A DNA stretch of 64,000 nt, taken from NCBI RefSeq assembly GCF_006345805.1, contig NW_021837030.1, positions 2,685-66,684 of the forward strand, given 5' to 3'. This DNA comes from Octopus sinensis (Eukaryota). Positions 63,353-64,000 of this stretch are shown one piece after another. The position numbers and the translations under genes are program-made. Position 1 is the stretch's first letter, and every line of letters starts with the position of its first letter. The notes under the pieces are model-generated. The model had not been told where the DNA came from. It saw only the letters and a program-made list of their open reading frames with translations, and ran no database searches.

Positions 63353-63930
63353 TTGTTCATTTCTGGTTTAAATTTTTCTTAGTTATACAATTTTCAGTTT
63401 TGATGACGCCGGCATTCTTCGTGTGTTTTCAAAATTGGCTCCAAGGCATTTTTTATACATACCACCCTAGGCTGTTTACCTTTGCTTCGATACTGATCAA
63501 GCCTCTCTCACCCTTTCTTCAGACAAGTACAGCCTATCGGTATCACTCTTAGGGTGGAAGGCTCTATGTACTGTAAACATCTTTCTGATCTTTATATCTA
63601 TTTTCTTCATTTCTCTCTTTTGTCATTTTATAATTCCCGCTCCCTATCGAAGTGATGCTATCACCCCTGTATTAACTACTTGGATTTTATTCCATCCAAC
63701 CAATTTTGAGCGCAGCACCAACCTCAGTTTTCGGAAACACTCCATCCTCATTTGCTCTTTCATTTCCTTTTCCATTTTCTCGTTGCACCCTAGTACACCA
63801 AGGTATTTGTATCCTTCCGTTTCTATTTGCTTTATCAAGTCTCTATTCGGTAAATCTATCCCTGCTAGGGTCTGTATCTTGCCCCTTTTTAGGTAGATTA
63901 TTCCGCACTTCTTGAGTCCAAATTCCATAC
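63353..63930 (-). mobile_element. Dong/R4-type LINE RT C-terminal relic
   Basis: MEFGLKKC..LKRGK..GYKYLGV..LRLVLRSKL..GAGII..HRAFHPKSDTDRLYL. Confidence 0.9.
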
Positions 63931-64000
63931 TTATCTCTTTATTGCCTACAAGGGGCTAAAGATATGAGGGAAGAAACAAAGACAGACAATGGATTAAGTC
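63927..64000 (-). mobile_element. SINE-B1 tail running off the window
   Basis: GACTTAATCCATTGTCTGTCTTTGTTT..TTTAGCCCCTTGTAGGCAATAAAGAGATA. Confidence 0.88.

Overview
Eukaryotic, gene-poor, repeat-saturated window. The microsatellite load and the SINE/LINE families suggest an octopus (coleoid cephalopod) genome; this is inference, no database search was run. No host protein-coding gene, functional RNA gene or CRISPR array can be supported; one weak candidate exon lies at 43166-43226 (-). Content: (1) about 30 tRNA-derived SINE copies or fragments built from four heads and at least eight tails in mix-and-match fashion (labels A, B1-B3, C, E, F, H, I are my working names); (2) decayed LINEs: two RTE, two long L1/Tx1 plus one L1 3' end, three Dong/R4-type fragments beside (AAT)n, one young CR1 3' end; (3) two Gypsy pol relics, one with PPT and 3' LTR; (4) rolling-circle elements (Helitron/HINE-like); (5) DNA transposon relics (hAT, mariner, Tc1, a Kolobok-like MITE); (6) very large simple-repeat blocks that generate nearly all long ORFs in the supplied track. 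The most notable structures are the modular SINE network, a four-unit SINE tandem array enclosed by one TSD that matches its junction sequence, a Helitron pair differing by a 213-bp foreign segment, and a convergence of elements on (AAT)n. Protein similarities were recognised by manual translation against remembered family motifs. Boundaries marked approximate may be off by tens of bases.
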